Shown piece after piece: positions 1 to 7,614 of a stretch of 64,000 nucleotides of DNA; the first letter of the stretch is position 1, and each line of letters begins with the position of its first letter. The translations under genes were made by a program, and so were the position numbers. The stretch lies in assembly GCA_036488085.1 (NCBI GenBank), contig DASXHZ010000058.1:122-64121 (forward strand), given 5' to 3'. The notes beneath the pieces were generated by a model. It ran no database searches. It was not told the origin of the DNA and saw only the letters and a program-made list of their open reading frames with translations. Origin of the DNA: Thermoanaerobaculia bacterium. GTDB taxonomy: Bacteria > Acidobacteriota > Thermoanaerobaculia > Gp7-AA8.

Positions 1-113
1 GCTTCCATGACGTCCTGCACTAGCTCCTGCACCATCGCTCGCAGATAGTCCCGATCCGCCGCCATCTCGGACTTCACATCCTCACCACTTGCGTTACGCT
101 TCTTCGGGGTCAT
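1..113 (-). CDS. IS256/Mutator-family transposase, N-terminal fragment (gene runs off the left edge)
   Basis: Minus-strand ATG at 111-113 preceded by AGGAGAGAG. Translation MTPKKRNASGEDVKSEMAADRDYLRAMVQELVQDVMEA resembles the conserved N-terminal D(F/Y)LRxxV..L.ELMEAE helix of IS256-type transposases. Recognised from memory; only 37 aa are visible. Confidence 0.5.
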   Translation of the reverse strand, partial: MTPKKRNASGEDVKSEMAADRDYLRAMVQELVQDVME

Positions 114-219
114 TGACTCTCTCCTGTTCGGTTTGGTTTCGCCACTTCAACTTTACAGGAGCGGTCTTTGACCCTTTCTTTTGCTGAACTTTCCAGACAC
201 TACCAGACTTGTTTGACCC
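1..219 (-). mobile_element. Partial IS256-family insertion sequence; inner end approximate
   Basis: Transposase start at 113 plus about 100 nt of AT-richer leader (113-219) ending ...CAGACTTGTTTGACCC. The sequence beyond that changes character. The terminal inverted repeat cannot be confirmed because the other end is outside the window. Confidence 0.35.
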
Positions 220-320
220 ATCCGGATCGCCCGTACCGCCGACAGCCGCCAAAGTCTCAGGTCTCTACTACGATCTTCGACGTATATCAGCGAATTTAGG
301 CTCGGTCGAGTCCGGTGTCA

Positions 321-662
321 AGGGGTCACGTAGCACCGAGCCTCCTGAGCACGGCCCCGACGAATGGGGTGTGCTGTACCGACGTCGCTGGGCACCTCCT
401 CAGGCACGTCGGTGCGTCGCACCATCATGGCCGTGGCGGTTCCCGGCGGCGGCGGTATTTCACCAAGGTCGTCGAGTCGGTGCCCGGGACGCCTGGTACG
501 TTGCACCAGCCGGTCCGGGCACGTGCCGGGGCAACCGGGACATTGCACCAGACTGTCCGGACACCTGGGCGGGGCAACCGGGGCGTTGCACCAACCTGTC
601 CGTCCACATGTGCAATTCAACCGGGACGCTGCACCAAGATGAATCGGCGGCGTCCCACCTGA
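321..662. repeat. Degenerate 42-43 bp tandem repeat, about 8 units (array A)
   Basis: Core motif recurs at about 321, 366, 409, 451, 493, 535, 578 and 621. Examples: CTGGTACGTTGCACCAGCC, CCGGGACATTGCACCAGAC, CCGGGGCGTTGCACCAACC, CCGGGACGCTGCACCAAGA. Spacing is 42-45 nt. Confidence 0.7.
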
Positions 663-707
663 CGCCGTTTACGTATCACGTATGACGGGTGACGACGCTC
701 GCTCCCC

Positions 708-736
708 GAGTAACGAATACCGAGTAACGAGTAACG
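708..736. repeat. GAGTAAC(G) heptad-type repeat (dispersed family 1)
   Basis: GAGTAACGAATACCGAGTAACGAGTAACG lies immediately downstream of the stop of the 741..2411 gene. The same motif occurs at 20834-20866. Confidence 0.7.
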
Positions 737-740
737 CCAA

Positions 741-2411
741 TCAGTTCCCGATCGACGGCTCCTTCGGGGGCGCGAAGTTCGCCTGCAGCTTGTTCATGTT
801 CTCGTACACGTCGATCTTCTTGATCTCGATGTTTGCGAGAGGGGTCCCGTCGCGGTCGGTCGGCACGCGGCCGATGATCCGGAGGACTTCCGCTCCGGGG
901 CCGACGGAGGCGAAGGGGGTGCAGTGCTCGTCCTGCTCGGTCGAGGGACCGAGGGCGATGTTGAACGTGAGCGCGTTCTCGCTGCAGACCGTGAGCATGG
1001 CGGCGACGACCTTCTGCCGGTGTTCGGCGACGTAGGGGATGGCGGCGGCCTTCTGCACGTCGCTGAGCGGCGCGGTCTGGACCTCGGCGCGGACGCCGGG
1101 CAAGAGGTGCGAGATGCGCGCGTGGTCGAAAGCGCCGACGCGCGCGAGACGGACGAAGTTCCTCACCGCGTTCGGGGACAAGTCATGGAGTAGTTGGAGG
1201 CCGAAGTCGCCGGCGTTGGTCCGGACGACGATCGCCGTCTCACGGCTGCTGTCGAGGTAGTCGGCAGCGCGGCGCGCGAGCGTCGCCTCATCGGGGCGGA
1301 CGAAGGCAGGGTCCTCGAGCGCCAGGAACGCCGAGGCCATCGAGTCGGCGTTCTGCTGCGTCGGATTGTCGTAGACGCTGATCAGCTCGTACTTGTGGTC
1401 CTTGAACATCGGGACGCCCTTCTCGCTGGTGAACGTCTCGACCTTGTCGAGTCCGACCTTGTCTTTCGGACCGGTCGCCTTCACCTCGAAGATCGTCTCG
1501 CCGGTGGTCGTGTCACGGATCGTGAGCGATTGCGCGTACGGGTGCAGATGCGCTGCGGCCCAATGCAGGCTCGCGTTCATCGGAAGGCCCATGAACCACG
1601 TGATGTCGCTGTGGTTCACCTGGTGCCCCGGCGGGACTACCCAATGTCCGGTGACCTTGTGTCCCTGCGGGTCGGTGTAGTCGGAGCGGGTGCCGACGGC
1701 ATTCGGCGCGCGCGGAAGAATCAGGCAGCTCGTCGTGTGATCGACCGGCTTGGCGTCCGATCCCGTCACCTCGGCCATCGCCATGTTCGGCATCGCGGCC
1801 GGGTGCGAGGAGCTGTTGTCGAGAATCACCGTCCCCGATGCGCCGACGTTGAAGAGCGGTTTGAGCGGCGACTTCAGCTCCTTGTCGCGGATGTACGAGA
1901 TCGTGACGCGGTGCCGCACCTTGAGGTTGTTCGGGTGCTCGATGTTGTGGTTGAGGACCTGCGTGAAGAGGTTGAGCGGCTCGTTCGACGCCAGCGGATA
2001 CGCGAAGCCTTCGGGGAACTGCGCGTTGATCATCCCCTGCGAGAGCGTGACGAGGCGCGTCTGCGTGTAGCGCTTCAGGTTGAACATCGCGCTGTGCTTG
2101 GTCGCGTCGAGGTCGACGTTCACGTGGCACATCAGCTCCGGGAGCTGCGGCGTCTCGCCGTCTTCGCCCACCATTTCCGTCTTCACGCCGACGATCCAAA
2201 GGAGCTCCGGCGGCTCCTGCTGCGCGTCGATGTAGATCGACTCGGTGCTCCCCGGCCCCTCCATCGATCGATATTTCTTGTCGATCGTGTACGTGGGGGA
2301 GAGGTAGACGTACGTGCGGACCAGAGGAGCGTCGTCCGCAACGGCTGATAGGGCGATGAACGCTGCGGCGAGCGCGAAGGGGATCAGCTTCCTCATGGGT
2401 TGGGTAATCAT
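741..2411 (-). CDS. Secreted two-domain protein: His-rich N-terminal domain plus C-terminal cyclophilin-like (apparently degenerate PPIase) domain
   Basis: 556-aa ORF with signal peptide MRKLIPFALAAAFIALSAVADD. The C-terminal ~170 aa align by eye to cyclophilins (IVVRTNAGDFGLQLLHDLSPNAVRNFVRLARVGAFD). The start could be the second Met at 2396. Confidence 0.8.
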   Translation of the reverse strand: MITQPMRKLIPFALAAAFIALSAVADDAPLVRTYVYLSPTYTIDKKYRSMEGPGSTESIYIDAQQEPPELLWIVGVKTEMVGEDGETPQLPELMCHVNVDLDATKHSAMFNLKRYTQTRLVTLSQGMINAQFPEGFAYPLASNEPLNLFTQVLNHNIEHPNNLKVRHRVTISYIRDKELKSPLKPLFNVGASGTVILDNSSSHPAAMPNMAMAEVTGSDAKPVDHTTSCLILPRAPNAVGTRSDYTDPQGHKVTGHWVVPPGHQVNHSDITWFMGLPMNASLHWAAAHLHPYAQSLTIRDTTTGETIFEVKATGPKDKVGLDKVETFTSEKGVPMFKDHKYELISVYDNPTQQNADSMASAFLALEDPAFVRPDEATLARRAADYLDSSRETAIVVRTNAGDFGLQLLHDLSPNAVRNFVRLARVGAFDHARISHLLPGVRAEVQTAPLSDVQKAAAIPYVAEHRQKVVAAMLTVCSENALTFNIALGPSTEQDEHCTPFASVGPGAEVLRIIGRVPTDRDGTPLANIEIKKIDVYENMNKLQANFAPPKEPSIGN

Positions 2412-2914
2412 CGTGGAGGTTGGGGCATTCCTGGCGTTATCCGTCCTCCGTTATCCGCGCCGCCGTCCTCCGATAACGGATAACGGGTAACGGATAACGC
2501 TCGCAGCCGGAACAACAACATCGCGATCGTTCCCCCGCAAGTATCGATCAACACATCCCAAGCCGAGCTCGTACGCGTCGGCGTGAACGATTGCAGGAAC
2601 TCGTCGGTGCTCGCGACGCATACGGTGATCGCGAGCGCAATCAGCGCCCAACGAATTGCAAAGCCGCGCCGCCCTTCGCGCAGAGCGCGGAATGAGAGCG
2701 CGGTCAGGATCGCGTACTCAGTGAGGTGCGCGCTCTTGCGGATCATGTGGTTCATGACACCGATCGTCGAGTCCGCCACGTGCAATCCGATGGCGTGGAG
2801 GAACGTCTCCAGCCAGCCGGTGGTGTGGGGCGCGTCGAACGTCGTTCCGGTGGCCTGGATGATGATCGCTGCCCAGATCAACACAGGCAGCCAGTAATAG
2901 ATGAGCTTCCGCAT
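2408..2914 (-). CDS. VanZ-like membrane protein
   Basis: This is the last 168 aa of the 698-aa track ORF, starting at CAT 2912-2914 (MRKLIYYWLPVLIWAAIII...). It has four hydrophobic segments and a KSAHLTEYAIL motif typical of the VanZ family. The upstream 530 aa of the ORF is antisense to the phosphatase gene. Confidence 0.8.
   Translation of the reverse strand: MRKLIYYWLPVLIWAAIIIQATGTTFDAPHTTGWLETFLHAIGLHVADSTIGVMNHMIRKSAHLTEYAILTALSFRALREGRRGFAIRWALIALAITVCVASTDEFLQSFTPTRTSSAWDVLIDTCGGTIAMLLFRLRALSVTRYPLSEDGGADNGGRITPGMPQPPR
2434..2500. repeat. Imperfect inverted repeat built from GTTATCC / GGATAAC heptads (family 1)
   Basis: GCGTTATCCGTCCTCCGTTATCCG ... CGATAACGGATAACGGGTAACGGATAACGC. 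It encodes the C-terminal tail of VanZ (..VTRYPLSEDGGADNGGRI..). Confidence 0.75.
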
Positions 2915-2953
2915 CGCGCTGCGACGACAGCCTATAATCGATCCCTCCCGGCG

Positions 2954-4564
2954 ATGCCTGAAAACGCTCAGTTCACGGTGTACCAACCCAATGTCGCGCC
3001 GCTGCATTTGTCGTTTCCGGAGCAGACCATCACGCTTGGCCGCGCGTCCGACTGCTCGATTCCGATCCGCGATCGCTTCCTCTCGCGCCATCACGCGGAG
3101 GTCGTCTTCAGCGGTGGCGACTGGATCGTGCGCGACTGCGGGAGCGTCAACGGCACGCTCCTCAACGGCGCGCGCCTCGCCGCCCCGACGCCGCTTCGCC
3201 GCGGCGACCGCATCGGCCTCGGCGACAGTGAAGTCGTCTTCGACGCCGACGAGGCGCCGGCGTCGCAGCTCATCGCCATCGACAGCTCCTCGCATGCGAA
3301 GAACATCGCGATCCCGATTCGCGAGGCGCTGAGCGACCAGGAACGCACCAACGTCCTCGCGTCGCTCGCCATCCAGTTCATCGAGGACCGTCCGATGAAC
3401 GAGCTGTTCGACTTCATCCTCGACAAGGTCATGGAGACGATGGAGCCGTCGCGCTGCGCGGTCGCGTTGCTTGCGCCGGACGGGAAGTCGTTCTCCGCGC
3501 TGCGGCTGCGAAAGAAGGACACCTCCGACTCGAATGACCTCGCCATCAGCCGCACGCTGTTGAGCGAAGTGGTCGAGGAGCGGAACGTCATTGCATTCGT
3601 CGACAGCGCGCTCGACGACCGGCTCGCGAAGGCGCAGTCGATCGTGATGCAACAGATCCGCTCCGCCGTCTGCGCGCCGCTCCTCGTCGGCGACGCGGTT
3701 CTCGGCGTCCTCTATCTCGACTTCCAGGCGAACCGCGGCGCGGTGACGCACGAGGACGTCCGCCTCATCGCGCAGATCGCCCGATTCGCGGCCGTCAAGC
3801 TCGAGACGACCCGGCTTCGTGAAGAGGCGATCGCGAAGGCGAAGATCGACGAGGAGCTGCGGACAGCGTATCGCATCCAGAGCCGTCTCCTTCCGACCAC
3901 ACTGCCGAACGTGGACGGTTATGTTTTCGCCGGCGCCAACAAGCCGTGCAAGACGGTGAGCGGCGACTACTACGACGTGATGGTGCGTCCCGACGGCCGG
4001 ATCTACTTCGTCATCGCGGACGTGAGCGGGAAGGGGATCACGGCGGCACTCGTGATGTCGGCGCTGGCGACGGCGTTCAACATTTTCGCGCGCACCGACC
4101 CGGCACCGGCCGACTTGATGCGCGATCTCAACCAGATGCTCGCACCGAAGACCGCGCCGTCGAAGTTCGCGACGGTCGTCGCCGGCGTGCTCGATCCGAA
4201 GACGGGCCGCATCCACTACACCAACGCCGGCCATGTGCCGCCGCTGGTGGTGAAGAAAGACGGCGTGACGCCGCTGACCTCGACCGACATGGTCGTCGGT
4301 CTCTTCACCGCCGCGCAGTACCGCACGCAGACGGTCGATCTCGACCGCGGCGACTCGCTCGTGCTCTTCACGGACGGCGTGACCGAGGCGGAGGATGAGA
4401 AGGAACAGGAGCTCGGCCTGCAGTCGGTGTGCGATCTTCTTGCGAGCCACCGCACCACCGCGCCCGACCTTCTCGACACCATCGACGACCACGTCCGCGC
4501 GCACATCGGCAGTCTGCCCGCCGGCGACGACGTGACGATGCTCGCGCTGACGCGCCTCACTTGA
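2954..4564 (+). CDS. FHA - GAF - PP2C/SpoIIE-type protein phosphatase
   Basis: ATG at 2954 (MPENAQF). FHA block TLGRASDCSIPIRDRFLSRHHAEV...GSVNGTLLNG. Central GAF-like region. C-terminal SGDYYDV, ADVSGKG and FTDGVTEA blocks typical of SpoIIE/PP2C. Confidence 0.85.
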   Translation: MPENAQFTVYQPNVAPLHLSFPEQTITLGRASDCSIPIRDRFLSRHHAEVVFSGGDWIVRDCGSVNGTLLNGARLAAPTPLRRGDRIGLGDSEVVFDADEAPASQLIAIDSSSHAKNIAIPIREALSDQERTNVLASLAIQFIEDRPMNELFDFILDKVMETMEPSRCAVALLAPDGKSFSALRLRKKDTSDSNDLAISRTLLSEVVEERNVIAFVDSALDDRLAKAQSIVMQQIRSAVCAPLLVGDAVLGVLYLDFQANRGAVTHEDVRLIAQIARFAAVKLETTRLREEAIAKAKIDEELRTAYRIQSRLLPTTLPNVDGYVFAGANKPCKTVSGDYYDVMVRPDGRIYFVIADVSGKGITAALVMSALATAFNIFARTDPAPADLMRDLNQMLAPKTAPSKFATVVAGVLDPKTGRIHYTNAGHVPPLVVKKDGVTPLTSTDMVVGLFTAAQYRTQTVDLDRGDSLVLFTDGVTEAEDEKEQELGLQSVCDLLASHRTTAPDLLDTIDDHVRAHIGSLPAGDDVTMLALTRLT

Positions 4565-5111
4565 TCCGCAACATGGTCCAGTTCGCGCCGTCCCACATGA
4601 GGGTGGCGGTGGAGTTGTGCGGCTTCGCGAACATGTCGAATACCGGGCCGTGTTTGAACGCCCCGCCGACCTCGGTCGGCTCCCACTGCCATGCGACGTC
4701 GGCGTCGCATCCGTCGGCGGACTGACGCACGTTCGAGGCCGTTCCCATCTTCTTCTTCGCGACCGGCACGACGTCGATGAACCCGTTGCCGCGGACGTTG
4801 AAGCGCGGATCGTCTTTGCCCTTGATGAGCGCGACGTTGTCGCGGTCGAACTTCAGCCAGCCGGCGGCGGCAAGCTGTTTCGCGTTGTCGAGCTGCGGCG
4901 CGTTCATCGCCGATTTCGTGACCGGAATCGTGACCGCCGTCTGCGTGAAATCGAGCTCTCCGAAGTCGGACGACTTTTCGATGATCGCCTGAGCATCCGC
5001 CGCACTCGGACAAGCCCTCTGAGGCGCCGCCTTCGCCGGCGCGACGGCGGCGCTCGGCCTCTGTTTCCCGCATGCAAACAGCAGCGCCGCAATCACGAAC
5101 ACTTTCCTCAT
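4557..5111 (-). CDS. Lipoprotein, unknown function
   Basis: 184-aa segment starting at CAT 5109-5111 (MRKVFVIAALLFACGKQ, lipobox LFAC). The rest of the 401-aa track ORF is Arg/Gly-rich and overlaps the pseudouridine synthase gene. Confidence 0.7.
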   Translation of the reverse strand: MRKVFVIAALLFACGKQRPSAAVAPAKAAPQRACPSAADAQAIIEKSSDFGELDFTQTAVTIPVTKSAMNAPQLDNAKQLAAAGWLKFDRDNVALIKGKDDPRFNVRGNGFIDVVPVAKKKMGTASNVRQSADGCDADVAWQWEPTEVGGAFKHGPVFDMFAKPHNSTATLMWDGANWTMLRIK

Positions 5112-5890
5112 TTCTTCCTCCCACTGAGCGCCCGCACCTCGGCATCGGTGAGCGCGCGCGTCTTCCCGATCTCGAGGTCGCCGATCTCGATTGCGCCGAT
5201 CGCGGTCCGTACGAGCTTCAGAACTTTCCCGCCGAGGGCCTCGACCATGCGGCGTACCTGCCGGTTGCGGCCCTCCGTGATGGTGATCTCGAACACCGTC
5301 TTCCCGCCCGTCTCGCGGACGCGTTGCACATCGCGTGCGGGGCGCGTCGGCCCGTCGCTCAGTTCGATGCCGCGGCGGAGCCGATCGAGATCGTCGTCGG
5401 TCAGGTGAGTCGACGCCTTTACGAGATACGTCTTCACCACGTGAAAGTCCGGATTGGTCAGCCGTTCGGCGAACTGCGTGTCGTTCGTCATGATCAGCAG
5501 CCCGCTCGTGTCGAGGTCGAGCCGCCCGACCGGAAAGAGATAACGGTCGCGGTCGGGAAGCAGGTCGTAAACCGTCGGACGCCCCTCCGGGTCGCGGTAC
5601 GTCGTCAGATACCCCTTCGGCTTGTACAGCAGCAGGTAGGTACGCGTCTCCTTCGCGAGCTTCTTGCCGTCGAGCGACACCCGATCGCGATCGAGGTCGA
5701 TCCACGCGTCCGGATTCTTCACCACCGTCCCATTCACCGCCACCCGCCCCGCCGCGATCCACCGCCGCGCATCCGTCCGCGAGCCCGCCCCCGCCTTCGA
5801 CAGCACCCGCTCCAGCGTCTTCAGCGGCCGCGTTCCGCCCCGCGGCCTCACTGCGTACATGGCGCGATCATCACACGAGCTACGCGGCAT
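5108..5890 (-). CDS. Pseudouridine synthase, RsuA/RluB family
   Basis: S4-like N-terminus (LERVLSKAGAGSRTDARRWIAAGRVAVNG) and catalytic GRLDLDTSGLLIMTND motif. An alternative start is Met at 5860 (MYAV). Confidence 0.85.
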   Translation of the reverse strand: MPRSSCDDRAMYAVRPRGGTRPLKTLERVLSKAGAGSRTDARRWIAAGRVAVNGTVVKNPDAWIDLDRDRVSLDGKKLAKETRTYLLLYKPKGYLTTYRDPEGRPTVYDLLPDRDRYLFPVGRLDLDTSGLLIMTNDTQFAERLTNPDFHVVKTYLVKASTHLTDDDLDRLRRGIELSDGPTRPARDVQRVRETGGKTVFEITITEGRNRQVRRMVEALGGKVLKLVRTAIGAIEIGDLEIGKTRALTDAEVRALSGRKK

Positions 5891-6149
5891 GAGAGTAATG
5901 AAAACGCAGCGCTATTCTGCGACCGTGACTGAGATCGGTGAGAGGATCACCGTAGACCCGGAGCAGTGCGGCGGTAGACCGTGCATCCGCGGGATGCGAA
6001 TCCGCGTGAGCGATGTGCTCGACCTCTTCGCGAGCGGCCTGTCCAGCGCTGACATTCTTGCGGAGATCCCGGATCTCGAGGCCGAAGATCTCCATGCCTG
6101 TCTACGTTTTGCGGCGCGATACCTCGACCACCCGGCGCTCGTCGCTTGA
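5889..6149 (+). CDS. DUF433-type small protein (antitoxin-like)
   Basis: MRVMKTQ...ITVDPEQCGGRPCIRGMRIRVSDVLDL matches the GG.P.I.G.RI core of DUF433. Confidence 0.7.
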   Translation: MRVMKTQRYSATVTEIGERITVDPEQCGGRPCIRGMRIRVSDVLDLFASGLSSADILAEIPDLEAEDLHACLRFAARYLDHPALVA

Positions 6150-6202
6150 TCGTCTGGGTCGACGCCCAACTCGCACCGGCTCTGGCTCAGTGCTTCGTAT
6201 AG
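6146..6202 (+). pseudogene. Truncated remnant of a DUF5615/PIN-like partner of DUF433
   Basis: TTG at 6146 overlaps the DUF433 stop. It reads LIVWVDAQLAPALAQCFV then TAG. The VDAQL..LA pattern is the usual N-terminus of DUF5615 proteins, but only 18 codons remain. Confidence 0.35.
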
Positions 6203-6208
6203 GCGACA

Positions 6209-7048
6209 ATGTCCGTCATGCCGTCACTACCGCCGCCCATTCCGACCGTCACGTCGATCGATGAGGTGATCGCTGCGATTCAGGGGATCATTGGTTGGAC
6301 GATTTCCGCCGAGAGCCGCCTCGGGTACTTCGCGGCGCTCTACAAGCGGATCACGATCGCGATCAAGCAGGGGATCGCGGGGAACATGTTTCAGGACGGG
6401 CCGCGGATGGAGCGCTTCGACGTCACGTTCGCGAGCCGCTACTTCGCGGCGTTCAACGCCTACTTCTATCCGGCGCAGTATCCGTCGGTCTCGCACTGCT
6501 GGCGCGTGGCGTTCGACGCGGCGCTGCTTCCCGCGCCGATCATCGTGCAGCACATGATCGCCGGTGTGAACGCGCACATCGACCTCGATCTCGGCATCGC
6601 CGCCGAGACGGTCGCGCCCGGGAAGCAGATCGACTCGCTCCACCACGACTTCAACACGGTGAACGCCGTCCTCTCCAGCCAGGTGTCGACCGTCGTCACC
6701 GAGATCGATTCGCTCTCGCCGATACTCGCCGACATCTACTCCGTACTGATGGGGCACGAGCTCGACCTGATTGCTGACGGCCTGGTGGCCACGCGCGACT
6801 CAGCATGGCTCTTCGCCAAGGAACTCGCCATCGAACCGGCGATCCTTCACCCGACGACGATCCTGATTCACGACTTCAAGGTGGCCGCCTTCGGCAACCT
6901 GATCCTGCATCCACCCAAACTGATCGCCGATGCGGTGGCCGTCATCGCATCCGCGGAAAGCCGCGACATCGTCAAGAACATCCAGACGCTCGACGCCATC
7001 GCGAATACCCCGGCGCCGATGACCAGGAGCGCGGCGGCGAAGATCTAG
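6209..7048 (+). CDS. Hypothetical protein (DUF5995-like by recollection)
   Basis: 279-aa ORF with protein-like composition and a GYFAALYKRITIAIKQGI...FQDGPRMERFDVTFASRY block. The family assignment is from memory only. Confidence 0.7.
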   Translation: MSVMPSLPPPIPTVTSIDEVIAAIQGIIGWTISAESRLGYFAALYKRITIAIKQGIAGNMFQDGPRMERFDVTFASRYFAAFNAYFYPAQYPSVSHCWRVAFDAALLPAPIIVQHMIAGVNAHIDLDLGIAAETVAPGKQIDSLHHDFNTVNAVLSSQVSTVVTEIDSLSPILADIYSVLMGHELDLIADGLVATRDSAWLFAKELAIEPAILHPTTILIHDFKVAAFGNLILHPPKLIADAVAVIASAESRDIVKNIQTLDAIANTPAPMTRSAAAKI

Positions 7049-7515
7049 CGAGTGCCGAGATCGTAGAGGAGCTCGCAGAGGCGGGAGAGATCGCGGCAGT
7101 CGCGGGCGCTGAGACGGCTCGCGACCTCTTCGAAGGCTTGCTGCATCGGGACGTCGATCCGCTCGAGGAGCCTGAGGCCGTCGCGCGTGATGCGGGTGAT
7201 CGAGTGCCGTTTGTCGCTCCCGCCGCGAGCGCGCTGCACGAGTTTTTTCGCCGCGAGGCGGTCGACGATGCGCGTGACGTCGGGAGCACGGTCGAGCATC
7301 CGGACGGCGATCTCGCCGCGCGGATGGCCGTCGGGATGAACACCGCGGAGGATCCGGAGGACGTTGTATTGCGGGAGGGTGATGTCGAACGCCGAGACGA
7401 CGCGTTCGCTCTGCTCCCGGAGATAGTTCGCCGCAACGGACAGGTTCAGCAGCGCCTCCTGCTGCGGAGAGGCGAAGTGCTCCTGTTGGATGCGCTGCCG
7501 AAGACCGGACCCCAC
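7045..7515 (-). CDS. MarR-family transcriptional regulator
   Basis: 156 aa with a winged-helix block ITLPQYNVLRILRG...GEIAVRMLDRAPDVTRIVDRLAAKKLVQR...DKRHSITRITRDG. Confidence 0.85.
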   Translation of the reverse strand: MGSGLRQRIQQEHFASPQQEALLNLSVAANYLREQSERVVSAFDITLPQYNVLRILRGVHPDGHPRGEIAVRMLDRAPDVTRIVDRLAAKKLVQRARGGSDKRHSITRITRDGLRLLERIDVPMQQAFEEVASRLSARDCRDLSRLCELLYDLGTR

Positions 7516-7614
7516 GGATGAGTTTTATCACGCTATCGATGAAACAGGCGGCAGGCGTCTCCGTATACTACGAAGCTCATCGTCCTAGTCGAAACACTGA
7601 GGAGGCATAGCCCT

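Noticed and set aside
493-640. The recurring GCACCA ends in array A considered as tRNA 3-prime ends or tRNA-like modules
   Set aside because: No T-arm (GTTCRANYC) or acceptor-stem complementarity precedes any copy, and the spacing is too short for a tRNA.
321-662. The three tandem arrays (321-662, 17886-18075, 35681-35955) considered as CRISPR arrays
   Set aside because: Units are contiguous and degenerate, with no alternation of constant repeats and unique spacers. The periods (21/42 nt) are too short for repeat plus spacer. No cas genes are present in the window.
209-685. Overlapping 92-158-aa ORFs on both strands across array A
   Set aside because: All are Arg/Pro/Gly-rich and mutually overlapping, and they are driven by the repeat. 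None has an RBS or a recognisable domain.
2915-4504. Upstream 530 codons of the 698-aa minus-strand ORF
   Set aside because: This part is antisense to the FHA-GAF-PP2C gene. Only the VanZ-like C-terminal 168 aa are credible.
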